A stretch of 25,855 nt of DNA from an uncultured Eubacteriales bacterium. GTDB lineage: Bacteria; Bacillota; Clostridia; Christensenellales; Aristaeellaceae. The translations under genes were made by a program, and so were the position numbers. The notes beneath the pieces were generated by a model. That model was given only the letters and a program-made list of their open reading frames with translations, was not told the origin of the DNA and did not search any database. Each line of letters opens with the position of its first letter. Within the stretch, counting starts at the first letter, position 1. The stretch lies in NCBI GenBank assembly GCA_963929805.1, contig CAWVLE010000174.1, positions 1 to 25,855 of the forward strand, in the 5' to 3' direction. This document shows, one piece after another, positions 24,333-25,855 of the stretch.

Positions 24333-25593
24333 CTGGTTTAACACGGTAAACTTTCTGTTGACCGAGTGCTTTCTGGGCGGCTATATAATGCTGATGATCG
24401 ATTTGCGCGCGCCTGCGCGTCGCTGGCGCGCGCGCTGGCTGGCCCTGATACTCGCGCTGGTTGGGTTGCACGGCGGGCTGATTTTTTTTGGAAAATTTTC
24501 TCTGTACACGCGCTTTAGCGTGCTTATGCTGGTAATTCCCTATACGTTTGCAACGGTATGGTGTTCCCGCGCCCCGGGCTGGGTGACCGCTTTTGCCGTG
24601 GCCAACGGCTTTTTTATCGGCTGCATCGGCGGCCTTAACGGATATGCCATCCAGCTTGCCCTGCCCTCGCTTCCCTACGCGGCGCTTGTGGCGCGGATGG
24701 CGTCGTTTATACTGCTGTTTTTCGTAATGCGCCGGTTCAGGCGCACTTACCGGCAAATGGTCCGGCAGTTGGAATTTGGCTGGCCCGTGTTGACCATGAT
24801 TCCCTTTTTTGCCTGCGCATCGGTTATGTACGTCAAAGCCGCGCTGTTTCCCACCGAGCCCGTACTCGCGACGCTGATCATGTACAGCCTGCTTTTGACA
24901 TGCAGTTTCGCCTATTACCTTATGTTTCTGTTCTTTGAACGCGTGCAGAAGGAAAACGACGCCCAGCACAACAAACAGCTGCTGGAGGTGCAGATATCCG
25001 CCCTGCAAAGCCGCATAGAAGCGGTAGGCACGGCGGAAAACGCGCTGCGCATGGAGCGGCACGATCTGCGCCACCGCCTGCAAACGGCAGCGGCGCTGGT
25101 CTGCCGGGATGATAAGGCGGCCGCCCTCAAGTTTTTGGACGAGGCGCAGACGCGCCTGGACGAGCAGAAGCTGACGCGTTGGTGCGGCCCTGCGATACTG
25201 GACGCGATGTTTTCCTCGTATCTTGGCCAGGCGCAGTTGCAGGGGATACAGGTAGACGCGCGCATTTCCCTGCCCGATCCGCTCCCGGTCGACGAAGGGG
25301 AGCTGGCCATCGTGCTGGCCAACGCCCTGGACAACGCCATTCACGCGTGTATGAAGCTGGCCGCAGATATGCGCCATATCCGCTGCAAGGTTATTTCAAA
25401 GCCCCGTCTCATGCTGGAAATCGCCAACTCATGCGACGGCAGCGCCACCTTTGACGCGGACGGTCTGCCCGTGCCGGACCATGCGGGGCATGGGATGGGC
25501 GCCCAGTCCATCTTGGCGTTTTGCAAAAAATACAACGCCACGTGTCAATTCAATCTGGCAGGGAACCGGTTTTCCCTGATCGTCGTGCTTTAA
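24322..25593 (+). CDS. AgrC-like membrane sensor histidine kinase (GHKL)
   Basis: Multi-TM N-terminus, H-box RHDLRH, N-box LANALDNAIHA, EIANS, HGMG. Overlaps the regulator stop. Confidence 0.9.
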   Translation: MAFDWFNTVNFLLTECFLGGYIMLMIDLRAPARRWRARWLALILALVGLHGGLIFFGKFSLYTRFSVLMLVIPYTFATVWCSRAPGWVTAFAVANGFFIGCIGGLNGYAIQLALPSLPYAALVARMASFILLFFVMRRFRRTYRQMVRQLEFGWPVLTMIPFFACASVMYVKAALFPTEPVLATLIMYSLLLTCSFAYYLMFLFFERVQKENDAQHNKQLLEVQISALQSRIEAVGTAENALRMERHDLRHRLQTAAALVCRDDKAAALKFLDEAQTRLDEQKLTRWCGPAILDAMFSSYLGQAQLQGIQVDARISLPDPLPVDEGELAIVLANALDNAIHACMKLAADMRHIRCKVISKPRLMLEIANSCDGSATFDADGLPVPDHAGHGMGAQSILAFCKKYNATCQFNLAGNRFSLIVVL

Positions 25594-25598
25594 TTATC

Positions 25599-25615
25599 CC
25601 GGCATTTGCTGCCGG
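25599..25615 (+). terminator. Short hairpin after the kinase stop (possible terminator interrupted by the MITE)
   Basis: CCGGCA-tttgc-TGCCGG. No U-tract; the element end CAGAGCGCTG starts 3 nt downstream. Confidence 0.4.
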
Positions 25616-25618
25616 AAT

Positions 25619-25718
25619 CAGAGCGCTGTTTCCCGCCCGGGAGCCCCCACAGGGGCGAGAGGGAAACAGCGCTAAACATTCGCAAAAGAACGCCGCAGGC
25701 GGACTTTTGCGACACACT
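25619..25718. mobile_element. Inverted partial copy of MITE module B
   Basis: 25624-25718 is the reverse complement of 5709-5802, with a few substitutions and one indel. It contains the 13-bp IR AGCGCTGTTTCCC/GGGAAACAGCGCT. Confidence 0.75.
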
Positions 25719-25739
25719 AAAACCGGACACATGTCCATT

Positions 25740-25855
25740 TCAGGATGTTGACAAAGTCAACATCCTGCCAGAACGCTTAGAATGCCTGCAAGACAAGGAA
25801 GCGAACTTGCAAACGAGGGAGCTTACTTATAGGTAAGTGACCGCTGTTTGCAAGT
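25740..25855. mobile_element. Inverted copy of MITE module A, running off the window end
   Basis: Reverse complement of 1997-2112, 111/116 identical, including the palindrome CAGGATGTTGAC-AAA-GTCAACATCCTG. Confidence 0.8.

Noticed and set aside
24280-25377. 365-aa minus-strand ORF
   Set aside because: Antisense shadow of the histidine kinase.

Overview
GC-rich bacterial DNA with sigma-A-type promoters and long Shine-Dalgarno sites, most consistent with a gut-type Clostridia genome (inference). Left to right: the 3' part of a four-carbon acid-sugar kinase gene facing an erythritol/L-threitol-type dehydrogenase; a CUT1 carbohydrate ABC transporter; a CUT2 sugar ABC transporter coupled to a short CstA-family transporter; a tightly packed minus-strand cluster (23356 to 11191, ~12 kb); and a divergent LytTR regulator/AgrC-like kinase pair. 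The cluster is the most striking feature. It has one STAS (RsbV/SpoIIAA-like) protein and no sigma factor, yet up to five proteins carry RsbW/SpoIIAB-like (HATPase-fold) domains: a sensor PP2C phosphatase, a MATE exporter, a VOC enzyme, a single-chain amino-acid ABC transporter and a DAACS symporter. Only the copy on the PP2C has intact kinase motifs. This suggests a partner-switch circuit acting directly on transporters and an enzyme (inference; fold calls for the degenerate copies are by eye). Three intergenic sites hold structured ~100-240 bp MITE-like elements that share modules and related termini. One is flanked by an exact 27-bp duplication of a terminator hairpin. No rRNA, tRNA, CRISPR array or transposase was seen.
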